Shown here piece after piece: positions 16,677 to 26,535 of a stretch of 64,000 bases of DNA. The translations under genes and the position numbers were made by a program. This DNA comes from an uncultured virus (IMG/VR IMGVR_UViG_3300035501_000482) (taxonomy: Duplodnaviria; Heunggongvirae; Uroviricota; Caudoviricetes). Location of the stretch: IMG/VR virus record IMGVR_UViG_3300035501_000482. The stretch is one strand, 5' to 3'. The notes beneath the pieces were generated by a model, which saw only the letters and a program-made list of their open reading frames with translations, was not told the origin of the DNA and made no database searches. Every line of letters begins with the position of its first letter. The stretch's first letter is position 1.

Positions 16677-19613
16677 ATGGGAAAAGCATTAGGTACGATA
16701 GGTTTCCGTGTAAGGGGTGATTGGTCTCCCGAAACGGAATACAGGAAGCTGGATGTGGTGAAATACGGTCGAAGCTCTTACTATGCCAAGGAGGATCACA
16801 CGAGCGGTGATGTAATTGATGAGACTAAATGGTCTCTGCTTGCAGATGCCACCGGAGTGGAAGAGATTGCTGCCCGTGCGGAAACTGCCGCAGGTAGTGC
16901 AGAGGTTGCCACGGAGAATGCGAATACGGCTACTGTGTCTGCTACGGAAGCTGCAAAAAGTGCAAACGAGGAAGCAGAGAAGGCAAAGGAAGCTACCGGG
17001 ATATTCACAGAGAATTTCAAACATTTCTACAGTGACAAGTATGTCTACGGAATAGGGGATTTGAACGGCAACTTCTTATGGGGTATTCGCCGCGAGGACG
17101 GAGTATGTGAACAGCCGAAGGGCATCCCCGACGAGGTGAAGAAGAAGTTCGAATCAATGGGCGAGCTCACGTACTTCAATAATGATGACTACATCTTCGG
17201 AATCGAGGACAAGGACAGGAACATCTTATTTGGAATCAGCCGACACGATGCGAAGTTGTTCAATAACGGAATGAAGGGCGTTCTGAACGTGGATACTTGG
17301 GATAGCGGAGAATACGCATTCGGACTTGTTGATACATACGGGAACTTGTTACTGGGCGTTACATGGGAAGGTGAATTTGCTTGCAGCAAGATGCGGCTCC
17401 CGAAAGACGTAGAGGAGCGGTTGAAGAAGTTGGAAGTGCTCAATGTGGGCGAGGTCAAGAATAACGAATTTCTGCAATATTACGAAGACAAGGATGGAAT
17501 AATCCTCTCGGGTATTAGGACGAACGGAGAGACTTACACACCGAAGGGTATCCCCGAGGAGCAGAAGACGAAGAACCGCGGATACGAGAAGCGACTGAAT
17601 GCGCTTGAATCCACAGTTGCAGGAATCGACAGCGGCACCGGGGACTGGAGCGAAGAAACTTCCTTGAAGCTACCCATGCCAACGGTATTGGCAAGAGTGG
17701 ATATTGAAGGAAGTATGCCAACGAGCAAGTATGTGGAGGTGCGGGCTACACTTACATTCCGTGATGTTCATGGAAACAGCTTCACTAAGCCTATCATGAT
17801 TTCATTGCAGGGAAACATCTCAAGGGGATTCGATAAGAAGAATTTCAGTTTTGACTTGTACAACAGCATCAAGGACGATGAATCATTCGACTTGCAATTC
17901 GATGGCTGGGTGCCGCAGGATGGTTATCATCTGAAGGCTCACATCTCCGATTTTTGGAAAATAAGAAGCTTGTGCGTATATCGCCATGCAGAGCAGATTT
18001 CGCAATATAGACCATACTTCAACCGTAGACCTTGGAGCAGCCTAATTGGTGCAGCCAATCAGACCGCAGCTGAAGCATTGAAGGGTGGGGTTGGTGATGT
18101 TGCAGGCGAGGTAAATGACTTCGCACTAGGACATCCAGATGGCTTCCCCGTAATGCTGTATTATAACGGTATTCCGTGGGGTTTGTACACTTGGAACTTG
18201 AAGAAGAACAAGGATAATTATCATATAACGAAGAATGATGCAGAGGGTAAGCAGTTGTTCTTCGGTGATTTTATGACAGGTGTCTTCCAACGCTACAATA
18301 CAGCATACTGGAGTATTTCTAACTACAACTTGCAGACGATAGGTGATATTGAGCCGTGGGATGAAAACAAGGACTACGAGGTGGATGATGTGTGCTATGA
18401 CGAGGAAACAATAGACTTCGAGGTAAATGGAAAGGTTAGTTCTGTTACTATAAGAAGAAGTTTTAAGTGTAAGATAGCATATAAGCATGATGAAATCCCC
18501 AATTCATATACTACTCTTAGACCTAGTTATGTAATGTGGAATCAGCTAGAAGTAAGGAATCCAAAGACCACCATTGCAAAACAATCTGATGGTACTTTTG
18601 CTTACTATGACTATGATTCGCCGAATGACTATGCACAGACGGGATATTATGAGAGAACACATGAGATAATATCAGAGAATGATTTGACGCAGAAACAAGC
18701 TACGGCACTTGGATTTAGCAAGAAGGAATACACTAGAAGCATCGCAGCGAGAAAAACCATTGATGCTTACTCTTATGTATGCCCCGTGCTTGATACTACA
18801 TTTACAGCGCAGAACTTAGAGGACTGGGGTTTCGCGACAGAATCAGAAGCGAAGAAGGCTATCTTCGCAGAACATCACGACTTGGATTTCAACTTGGATT
18901 TCTTCCTTGTGTATAATGACTGCGCTTATTCTGACAGTATTACGCACAATACATTGTACACGATGTATGATGGCAAGAAATTGTTTGCTCACCTCTATGA
19001 TACTGATGCTGCACTAGGAATGAGTTCTACTTATGTGAATAGCTTCCCATCGGTAAGTAGTTCTGTTCTGACTTCGGGGCATACATTCACATCTTACTTG
19101 TGGGCTTATTACAGCACGGAAATCAAGGCTAGATGGAAGGAGCTTCGCGATGCGGGTATTATCAGTGCAGAAGCTATGGAGAAACTGGTATGGCAGATGG
19201 TGGAGAGCGTAGGTGTTGAAGCCTATGAGGAAGAAGCTCGTCTATGGTCGCAGCCTGCATATAGAAGTCCCGTATATTGGAGAATGTTTGCAGGGTCGCT
19301 ACAAACACTTACCGATGAAGATGGATTATATTATCATGGCTATGATGAGTCACTGAACACAGAGAAGGATGATGCAGAGACTTGGGTAAGCGGTACGAGA
19401 TATATAGTAGGAGATGTGCGCAATTACAACGGGCACTCTTACACTTGTACGGAAGCACACACAAGTACTGATGCACTGACTCCCGACAAGTGTTACACTT
19501 GTGGCTCACCGACAAGTGGAGGTGTGTATGATTCCCCACGTAGAATCATTGAGTGGTTCAAGAAGCGTGTGGAATACTTGGATACAAAGTTTGGATATAC
19601 TAGTAATAACTAA
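16677..19613 (+). CDS. multidomain virion protein: CBM5/12-like modules, beta repeats and CotH-kinase-like domain
   Basis: QGNIS..FDKKNFSFDL, DGFPVMLYYNG..WGLYTW and YDTDAALG (CotH-like); three W....Y...DV modules. Confidence 0.75.
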   Translation: MGKALGTIGFRVRGDWSPETEYRKLDVVKYGRSSYYAKEDHTSGDVIDETKWSLLADATGVEEIAARAETAAGSAEVATENANTATVSATEAAKSANEEAEKAKEATGIFTENFKHFYSDKYVYGIGDLNGNFLWGIRREDGVCEQPKGIPDEVKKKFESMGELTYFNNDDYIFGIEDKDRNILFGISRHDAKLFNNGMKGVLNVDTWDSGEYAFGLVDTYGNLLLGVTWEGEFACSKMRLPKDVEERLKKLEVLNVGEVKNNEFLQYYEDKDGIILSGIRTNGETYTPKGIPEEQKTKNRGYEKRLNALESTVAGIDSGTGDWSEETSLKLPMPTVLARVDIEGSMPTSKYVEVRATLTFRDVHGNSFTKPIMISLQGNISRGFDKKNFSFDLYNSIKDDESFDLQFDGWVPQDGYHLKAHISDFWKIRSLCVYRHAEQISQYRPYFNRRPWSSLIGAANQTAAEALKGGVGDVAGEVNDFALGHPDGFPVMLYYNGIPWGLYTWNLKKNKDNYHITKNDAEGKQLFFGDFMTGVFQRYNTAYWSISNYNLQTIGDIEPWDENKDYEVDDVCYDEETIDFEVNGKVSSVTIRRSFKCKIAYKHDEIPNSYTTLRPSYVMWNQLEVRNPKTTIAKQSDGTFAYYDYDSPNDYAQTGYYERTHEIISENDLTQKQATALGFSKKEYTRSIAARKTIDAYSYVCPVLDTTFTAQNLEDWGFATESEAKKAIFAEHHDLDFNLDFFLVYNDCAYSDSITHNTLYTMYDGKKLFAHLYDTDAALGMSSTYVNSFPSVSSSVLTSGHTFTSYLWAYYSTEIKARWKELRDAGIISAEAMEKLVWQMVESVGVEAYEEEARLWSQPAYRSPVYWRMFAGSLQTLTDEDGLYYHGYDESLNTEKDDAETWVSGTRYIVGDVRNYNGHSYTCTEAHTSTDALTPDKCYTCGSPTSGGVYDSPRRIIEWFKKRVEYLDTKFGYTSNN

Positions 19614-19624
19614 TATAATATTAT

Positions 19625-21247
19625 ATGAGTAAATTAGGATTGAAAATCATTCTTCCTTCCGCGGTTGATGATGCGAGCGGATTGAAGAAATTGGAGCACT
19701 ACACAGGTATTGAATTTACCCGTGGTGCGAGTGATGGTGGCGGAGTGAATGGCTACCATAAGTTGATAGGAGACGAAACTCTGATTAAGGAGCAGCGTTT
19801 CCTAAATATGATGAAGGTGTGTGCCGTGAAGGATGCGAAGATAACTCACACATTGAATCAGACGAACTGGAATAAGTACGATACGGGTGCAGATTCAGTG
19901 TTGGATGGTACGGATGGTGCGGATATTATGGCATGTTTCCCCAATGGTATCTATGCTATCTTGGGAGGTACCGATGAGACATACGAGAGATTCATTATTT
20001 CCGATAGTGCATTCTCTTACGATGGAGATAATGCGATGTATATTCCGCCTATTGCACTTCCGACAGATAAAGCGACAGTGTGGAACGGAGTGCTGCGAAT
20101 GATTCGCAATAACAGCGTTGCAGGCTCAGCAGCAGCAGGAAGCGGTACGAATTTCAGTACCACTGACTATGGCACAACGGATGGCGGTGGCTATCCGAAA
20201 ACAGGTATTTCGCGCCCTGAGGTTGAATCCTATGCTCGTGCAAGGAACGATGATGGGGGTAATGGTCCATATCTTCCGTACTACAACTTGTGTCTCGAAC
20301 TCTATCAAGCACTCCTATTTATCGAGTTCCGCACAAAGAATCTCAACGGAGTTTTGGGTCACGCAATTTCATCCAATGTTATCCCAACGGCTGAAACATG
20401 GGGCACAGTAAGCGGCTGGCGTGCAACTTCCGATAACGGGAGTACCTATATATATGGAGGATTCAGTACGAGTGTATATGTTAGCGGCACAGCTATTAAT
20501 ATGTGGACAGCTGTCAATGGACAGACTCCGATTCTAAAAATCTTTGAAAGCCAGTTGGCGGTGAGCGGTGGCGATACGTTGGAGAAAGTAAAGAATGCAG
20601 ACGGAGAGTATGTGCAGAATGTAGATGACGGTGTTATGACAGGTATATGGACGAAACGCTTCTCATTCACGCTGAACAACGCAAGCTTAACACAGGAAGG
20701 AACGCAGGCTACATGGTCGGTAGATGTGATACTCCGTCAGCCGATTGTACGCGGTGCTATCGTTCGCTACGGTAATATATGGGATTGGGTGAGTGGCTAT
20801 GAACTTGTGATGACCGTGGATGAGGATGGCGCGGCCATCAACACGCTATATCGTTGCGATGATTATACCAAACTTAGCAAAACGACTAACGTACGGATTC
20901 CAGATAACGAATTGTTTGACTTCGAGACGAGTTACACGAAGGTTGGTTCATTCCCTGCAATCAAGTCAGTTTTTGCATTTTGGGCGAAGGATATATGGAC
21001 TGATAACGGCATCTCGACAGCTATTGGTAAAAATTCCGGAGGAAATATGGGCACGTTTGAAAATTCTTATGTATGTTTGCAAGCAAATTGCGAGAAAGGC
21101 TATAAACGGCGGTATGGTTTCCGCTTAGGCGGCCTTGTGTCCTACGGCAATGATGTGTTGCGTTGCATGCACTGCGACGTCCTGCCTTCGCTCGCGGAGT
21201 CGGACCTCGGTTCCGCTTTCTGTGTGCTCCTTGACGAGACCGAATAG
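19625..21247 (+). CDS. receptor-binding/fibre protein with C-type-lectin (Mtd-like) C-terminus; DGR-type target
   Basis: YGNIWDWV motif and C-terminal GG....G...LR......PS.A....GSAF variable-region layout. Confidence 0.75.
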   Translation: MSKLGLKIILPSAVDDASGLKKLEHYTGIEFTRGASDGGGVNGYHKLIGDETLIKEQRFLNMMKVCAVKDAKITHTLNQTNWNKYDTGADSVLDGTDGADIMACFPNGIYAILGGTDETYERFIISDSAFSYDGDNAMYIPPIALPTDKATVWNGVLRMIRNNSVAGSAAAGSGTNFSTTDYGTTDGGGYPKTGISRPEVESYARARNDDGGNGPYLPYYNLCLELYQALLFIEFRTKNLNGVLGHAISSNVIPTAETWGTVSGWRATSDNGSTYIYGGFSTSVYVSGTAINMWTAVNGQTPILKIFESQLAVSGGDTLEKVKNADGEYVQNVDDGVMTGIWTKRFSFTLNNASLTQEGTQATWSVDVILRQPIVRGAIVRYGNIWDWVSGYELVMTVDEDGAAINTLYRCDDYTKLSKTTNVRIPDNELFDFETSYTKVGSFPAIKSVFAFWAKDIWTDNGISTAIGKNSGGNMGTFENSYVCLQANCEKGYKRRYGFRLGGLVSYGNDVLRCMHCDVLPSLAESDLGSAFCVLLDETE

Positions 21248-21274
21248 TATGTTTAATTAAAAAGATTAGTTAGA

Positions 21275-21613
21275 ATGATTGACAGAAAATTATATTTTGA
21301 TGAAACCCCGACAGAGACTCCGTGGGGTGAATTAAAGAATGTACCTCTGAATATTGAGGAGGAGGTAACGGAGGTAGATGGCAAGCAGGAGACTCACTAC
21401 CGCGCAGATGTAGTGCATAAGGTGCAGACTCCAGTCACGGTGGAATCCATTGTGAGTGCAGCCATTGAGGAAAGCTTCACAAGTGATGAGAAGAGTCAGG
21501 TATTGTTGAAGCTGGGAAATCAGAACGACCCACTTGTGAAACGATACACGGAGTTTGTAAGTGAGATTACTCAAGCAGCGCAGGCGGCTGGGTATAAATC
21601 AGTGAGTGAATAA
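21275..21613 (+). CDS. hypothetical protein (possible fibre chaperone)
   Basis: 112-aa acidic ORF after the lectin-fold gene. Confidence 0.65.
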   Translation: MIDRKLYFDETPTETPWGELKNVPLNIEEEVTEVDGKQETHYRADVVHKVQTPVTVESIVSAAIEESFTSDEKSQVLLKLGNQNDPLVKRYTEFVSEITQAAQAAGYKSVSE

Positions 21614-21699
21614 AAGGGACTTTGTTATACCGATCATGGGGAGACTGTTAGGAGGCCAACACCTGCATCCTAGCTTTCTCCCCATTTTATCATTATCAT

Positions 21700-22197
21700 A
21701 TGAGGGATATTCTTATAGAACAAATTAAGATGCTAGCAGTATCCATGATTAGCACAACTGTTAGTTATTTTACGCCTACCAATGGATTCATGTATTCCCT
21801 GGTAGTTACATTTGCTTTCAATATATGGGCAGGAATGAGGGCTGATGGTATAACTATAACTAGCTGTAAGAGGTTTTCATTTAAGAAATTTAAAAATGCT
21901 CTAGCAGAGCTTCTATTATACCTTATTATAATTTGGTTAATGTACTTTATAATGAACTCTTGTGGTGACCCAAACACTGCCCTAATAATTGTAAAAGCAA
22001 TTACATATGTAATCATGTATGTATATATACAGAATGCTTTTAGGAATTTGGTACTAGCCTACCCCAACAGACCAGCTATAAGGGTAATTTATCACATAAT
22101 CAGATTTGAATTTAATAAGGTGATATCCCAATATGTAGACGGAGTATTATCAAAGATAGATGAATTAGATAAAGAGATAAAGGATAAAGAGAATTAG
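21700..22197 (+). CDS. holin (putative)
   Basis: Three to four hydrophobic segments, FSFKKF loop, highly charged C-terminus. Confidence 0.7.
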   Translation: MRDILIEQIKMLAVSMISTTVSYFTPTNGFMYSLVVTFAFNIWAGMRADGITITSCKRFSFKKFKNALAELLLYLIIIWLMYFIMNSCGDPNTALIIVKAITYVIMYVYIQNAFRNLVLAYPNRPAIRVIYHIIRFEFNKVISQYVDGVLSKIDELDKEIKDKEN

Positions 22198-22201
22198 TTA
22201 T

Positions 22202-22642
22202 ATGTCATTTTTCATTATTAAAACTACTAGTACTGAAGAACCTAGTAAGTACCAGTTACAAAAAGATGAAGGACTAGAGGCCTATTTAAAAGAGCATGGT
22301 TACCATTTTACTGAAAGGTTAGCTGATGATGTATGCAAGGAAATGGAGAATCAGGATGGTACTTACCATATATGGACTTCTTCAGAACTTAAACAAATCC
22401 TAGAAGTAAAGCTAACTGGAGTAGATAATAAAAATAAGTGTACTACTGGAGATCTAACATACTTATCAAATATGGCCTATGCAGACTTCTATCCTGGAGT
22501 AATATCCGAGCCAGATAAGTGTATAAATTATGCAATACATATTGCAGTTGATCCCGATGGTTATGAAGGTATAGCTTTTTCTAGGTGGCTATCAGATGTC
22601 ATGATGAAAAAGTTAAATATAGCTTGGGCTGATTACGTATAA
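22202..22642 (+). CDS. hypothetical protein
   Basis: Intact ORF with HGYHF, NMAYADFYP and DPDGYEG motifs; function unknown. Confidence 0.75.
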   Translation: MSFFIIKTTSTEEPSKYQLQKDEGLEAYLKEHGYHFTERLADDVCKEMENQDGTYHIWTSSELKQILEVKLTGVDNKNKCTTGDLTYLSNMAYADFYPGVISEPDKCINYAIHIAVDPDGYEGIAFSRWLSDVMMKKLNIAWADYV

Positions 22643-22712
22643 TAATCTTTAAATAGGCTTCAATAAGCTTCAATAACTTTGTTGTTTTTAGTGTTGCTAA
22701 ATGGTATTTAGT

Positions 22713-22747
22713 AAGGAGTTAGTTCAGTAGCTAGCTCCTTTTTTCTT
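22713..22747 (+). terminator. intrinsic terminator
   Basis: AAGGAGTTAGTT / AGCTAGCTCCTT stem plus TTTTCTT. Confidence 0.75.
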
Positions 22748-22850
22748 GTGATCACCAATTTAAATATACGATACTATAACTTGTTAATATGTAATCGATT
22801 ACACTAGAGATTTGTTATTTTTATTATCCTAATGGTAAATTTTAATTACT

Positions 22851-24103
22851 ATGAGTGAAAATGTAGAAAAGATCTATTGTTGCGATAAAGGTGACAATAG
22901 TATGGCCACAGCAGCCATGTTAAATGGTATGAACAACAATGCCAATAATTGGCTGCCAGCTATGATGGCTAATGGTGGTATGGGAAATCAGTGGAACAAT
23001 CCGTTAAATTAAAACACCATACAACTCTCTTGTCAAATTACCATGGTTATAAATTGGTAAGAGAGGATAATAAATAAGCGGATGTAAAACCTCGTGAATT
23101 GCTGGGAACCCCTTAGAGTCTCAGGAACCAAAACAATAACGGTAATAGGCTTGAGAATTGGGCAATCAGCAGCCAAGGCAAACTGGGAAGTAAGCAAGGC
23201 TCAACGACTATCGAAAGCATAGGTTATAAACCGAAGAAGCAAGTAGAGTAGGGACTAAGTAGTTCCGAAGTGCGAGGGCCACCAATTGGTGGTGTGATAT
23301 AGTCTGAACACCTATCGAAAGAAGGTGAGCGGTTACGGAAACGGTAATCAGCGTAACGAAATGTTATTTATTTAGTATGGATGATGTTCGCTGGTAGATT
23401 CTTCAATAATGGCAATGGTTGGGGAGATGGAAACGGTGGTGGCCAAGCTCAACAAAACATTGAGATCCAGAGCCAGCTCCAGGATTTAAGATCCCAGATG
23501 TCAGATAACCAGAACAGTAATCTTATTATGCAAGCTATCCATGGGAATGATAATGCTATTAATCAGCTATCTCAGAACCTTAATTGTAACTTTGGGGCTT
23601 TGTCGGGTGCCATTTGTGATGTCCGTGGTGGCATTGACAAGTTGGCTGGTCAAGTTGGTTTCTCTTCTGAGAAAGTAATTAATGCAGTAACTCTTGGCAA
23701 TGCTAACTTGGTACAGGCTTTGCAAAGCTGTTGTTGCCAAACTCAGAAGTCTATACTGGAAATGGGCTATCAGCAACAGCTTCAGAATTGCCAGCAGACC
23801 AATGCTATCCAGAACTCAATCAATGCAGTAGGTGTTGCTGCTCAGCAAGGGTTTAATAATATTGGGGCCCAGCTTCAACAGGGGTTCTGTCAGGTAGGGT
23901 ATAATACTCAGGCCCAGACTTGTGAGATAATCAATTCTGGTAATGCAAATACACAACGTATTATAGACACCCTCAACAATCACTGGGGATTGGAGACCTC
24001 ACAGAAGTTGCAGGATGCTAAGTTTGAGATTAGCCAGTTGAAACAGAATCAGTACTTGGCTAATATAATCCAGGGTGGTTGTGGATGTGGATCTAATCAG
24101 TAA
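22851..24103 (+). CDS. spliced CDS (exon 1 22851-23004, exon 2 23364-24103), 297-aa Gly/Asn/Gln/Cys-rich protein
   Basis: Removing the intron joins MSENVEKIYCC...QWNNP to FIYLVWMMFAGRFF, in frame with ORF 23381. Confidence 0.88.
23005..23363 (+). ncRNA. group I self-splicing intron (359 nt, no ORF)
   Basis: P1 ATCCGT/GCGGAT with U-G wobble; 9-bp P10; P3 CCTCG/CGAGG; P4 TGCTG/CAGCA; P7 GACTA/TAGTC; terminal G at 23363. Confidence 0.93.
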
Positions 24104-24108
24104 AGCTT

Positions 24109-24549
24109 ATGTATGAGTTAGCACCAGTAGGATTAGCTGCTGCTCCAGTTGCTAATCAAGTATCCTTCAGGGCTACTTTCAAAGAGAAGCTTTGCAGACC
24201 AATATGCGTAATTAATTCAGTTCAACCCCAGGTAACCATTAACTATACAGTTGGTACTATGCGATTGGTTGGTACTACAGTATTTGTACCAGTAACAGCG
24301 GTAATAACTATGGTAACTCCAACTAACTGTTGTGCAGCTACTACTAAGTTATACACCGAGACATTTACTGTAGCCTTCCAAGGACGTACAGCTTTGCCAT
24401 CCACGGTAACTATTAATTCTGTTGGTAGAACTATGGAACCTTCTTGTATCAAATGTAATAAGGCACACTCTTATACAATTAATGATTCCTTGGTAGTATC
24501 AATAGCTTCTACTTCTACAGCTTCAGAAACAAGTACTGAAAATTCTTAA
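24109..24549 (+). CDS. hypothetical Cys-containing beta-rich protein
   Basis: Intact ORF in the same operon as the spliced gene. Confidence 0.75.
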   Translation: MYELAPVGLAAAPVANQVSFRATFKEKLCRPICVINSVQPQVTINYTVGTMRLVGTTVFVPVTAVITMVTPTNCCAATTKLYTETFTVAFQGRTALPSTVTINSVGRTMEPSCIKCNKAHSYTINDSLVVSIASTSTASETSTENS

Positions 24550-24554
24550 ATATA

Positions 24555-24592
24555 GGTAGGGATCTAACATGGTCCCTACCCAACTTTATTTT
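24555..24592 (+). terminator. stem-loop, probable terminator
   Basis: GGTAGGGATC / GGTCCCTACC stem. Confidence 0.55.
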
Positions 24593-24607
24593 AAATGCTA
24601 GAGAGAT

Positions 24608-25093
24608 ATGATAACTTTTAAAGATATTAAGAAGGACTACCCAATATACATTCTAGATAAAGCCAATATAACTTTTACCAAGGGAACAGTTACTGCAGTA
24701 TCTTTTCCAAGAATGGATGTAATGAATAAGAACTTATCTAACCAAAACTTTAATTCTGGTATGGTTGTAGATATTACTATATCCAGTAATGGTAAAGAAG
24801 CCACTTATACTATACCCGACAGTTTATCTACTGCCTATGCTGGTAACTTAGTATTAGCCACAGAACAAAGTAACCTGGTATCAGAAGTAGAGGCCCTGAA
24901 GAATGCCTCTGAACAAATCCTGGCTTCAGTAGATAGACATAAAGAAGTCGTAACTAAGACCACAGAACTATTAACAAATATAAACCCTTCTTTCAAGGAA
25001 AAACAAGAAAATGAACTTAGGATTTCAAAGATGGAAACAGACATAAGCCTAATAAAGGACATGATTAAGGGATTAAAAGACAGCCTCACATAA
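24608..25093 (+). CDS. hypothetical protein with C-terminal coiled coil
   Basis: Intact 161-aa ORF. Confidence 0.75.
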   Translation: MITFKDIKKDYPIYILDKANITFTKGTVTAVSFPRMDVMNKNLSNQNFNSGMVVDITISSNGKEATYTIPDSLSTAYAGNLVLATEQSNLVSEVEALKNASEQILASVDRHKEVVTKTTELLTNINPSFKEKQENELRISKMETDISLIKDMIKGLKDSLT

Positions 25094-25140
25094 GTGATAT
25101 ATTTCATACATTTTATTTTTTCGCATTTATAAGCAAGAAG

Positions 25141-25169
25141 ATAGGAGACCGAGATGGCCTCCTATTTTT
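25141..25169 (+). terminator. intrinsic terminator
   Basis: ATAGGAG / CTCCTAT stem plus T run. Confidence 0.7.
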
Positions 25170-25238
25170 GTGTAAATTCCTAGAGTAATACATAGTTACA
25201 ATCCTATAGTTACCTAATGTAAATAAAACTAGATTCTT

Positions 25239-25826
25239 ATGGCGAAGTATCAAATTAACCACTATGTAGATACACCTTTCGGTAAGTTGCATGTTTTCTC
25301 AGATCCAGATGAAACTCGTAGAGCTGAGGAGTTAATAAAGAGGACTCCTAAGATTCTATTCGATGCTTATAAGGATGCAGCAGAAAGGTTTGGTAAAGAT
25401 ATAATAACTAAAGCAAGGAGATGTATAGATACTCAAACTCCACCCCATGGAGTAAACTGGCCAAAGCTAAGCTCAAGGTATGTAGCTAGAATGGCTGGAG
25501 ATGATAGAATTTATCTTAAGTCATATCAATATTATGAGGCTATTGGTATATATAAAGACCATGTATATTACCAAAGCGGTAAGCTTGCTAAAACCAGAAT
25601 ATTCGTTGGCCTACCAACTCAAGTAAAGAAGGTACACCCAAGATTTAACAGGGATACAAAATTAACCCTTATTCAGGTAGCCAACATATTGGAGATGGGA
25701 ACTAGGAATGAAAGGATTCCACCAAGACCATTATGGAAGCCTCTATTCCAAGATATGAAGGGTAATGAGAGAATAAAGACTTTTATTAAAAACTCGATTA
25801 TACGACAACTTAAAAAATATACATAA
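25239..25826 (+). CDS. neck/tail-completion (virion morphogenesis) protein
   Basis: Basic protein with WPKLS and A..LE.GT....IPPRP.W motifs. Confidence 0.7.
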   Translation: MAKYQINHYVDTPFGKLHVFSDPDETRRAEELIKRTPKILFDAYKDAAERFGKDIITKARRCIDTQTPPHGVNWPKLSSRYVARMAGDDRIYLKSYQYYEAIGIYKDHVYYQSGKLAKTRIFVGLPTQVKKVHPRFNRDTKLTLIQVANILEMGTRNERIPPRPLWKPLFQDMKGNERIKTFIKNSIIRQLKKYT

Positions 25827-25827
25827 C

Positions 25828-26535
25828 ATGGTAAGCACAGAAGAAATAGTTGAAAGGTCATTCTATATGAACCTACTTTATGTGGCTTTACAGGCTGGGG
25901 TAACTATAGATCCAGATAATTACCTAGATGAAAGTGGAAAGCCAACTAAGGATGGAGAACAAAGGTATAGAGATGATCTAGCTAAACTTAAGACATTCGT
26001 GAGTATATTCGGTATAGGCAATAACCAGGAAAGGGGTATAAAGTTTGTACCAAGAATTACTCTAGAATTACAAGGTTACTACCCAGGTAATATTGGTATG
26101 GAAAGGTACCAAATAGATGATACTATAAAAAATAACCCAAAGATAATAGATACTGGGTATGATGTAAAGGATATTTCCATTGATGTACATCTTGTATCAA
26201 AGACACAAGCCGACATGAGATTACTACATAGTATCATGTATAAGGCTTTACCATCAAAGGGATATATAAAGCCATTCATCAATGACAAGGAGGATTTCTT
26301 TAATACTGGGCTTCTCAAATCCAATAACATTTATATAGAGGTAGGTAATTATTATAACCATGATAATACCGATCAGGGGTTATTAGAGAAAGTATATACC
26401 TATTCAGTAACTGATGGCGTAGTAACTGAAGTAGGTCAGGAGGTAGAACTTGTACCAATTAGGGATATTACCTGCTTAATAGGCTTAGATACTCAACAGG
26501 ATCATGAGATGAGCATACTAGAAGTAGGTAGTTGA
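25828..26535 (+). CDS. tail terminator (putative)
   Basis: Directly before the sheath gene; PRI.L motif. Confidence 0.55.
   Translation: MVSTEEIVERSFYMNLLYVALQAGVTIDPDNYLDESGKPTKDGEQRYRDDLAKLKTFVSIFGIGNNQERGIKFVPRITLELQGYYPGNIGMERYQIDDTIKNNPKIIDTGYDVKDISIDVHLVSKTQADMRLLHSIMYKALPSKGYIKPFINDKEDFFNTGLLKSNNIYIEVGNYYNHDNTDQGLLEKVYTYSVTDGVVTEVGQEVELVPIRDITCLIGLDTQQDHEMSILEVGS

Noticed and set aside
15799..21574. Many alternate-frame and antisense ORFs in the island
   Set aside because: Shadows of long real genes, expected where higher GC reduces stop codons; the same applies to antisense ORFs elsewhere.
21614..21699. DGR template repeat or RT remnant
   Set aside because: No similarity to the variable region and no RT motifs; only a hairpin is supported.
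22768..22780. GATAC/ACTATA late-promoter motif (also near 26552, 47937, 55907, 62592)
   Set aside because: Recurs in intergenic gaps but is too short and AT-rich to support without statistics or TSS data.
23381..24103. Stand-alone 240-aa gene starting at 23381
   Set aside because: Better explained as exon 2 of the intron-split gene starting at 22851.
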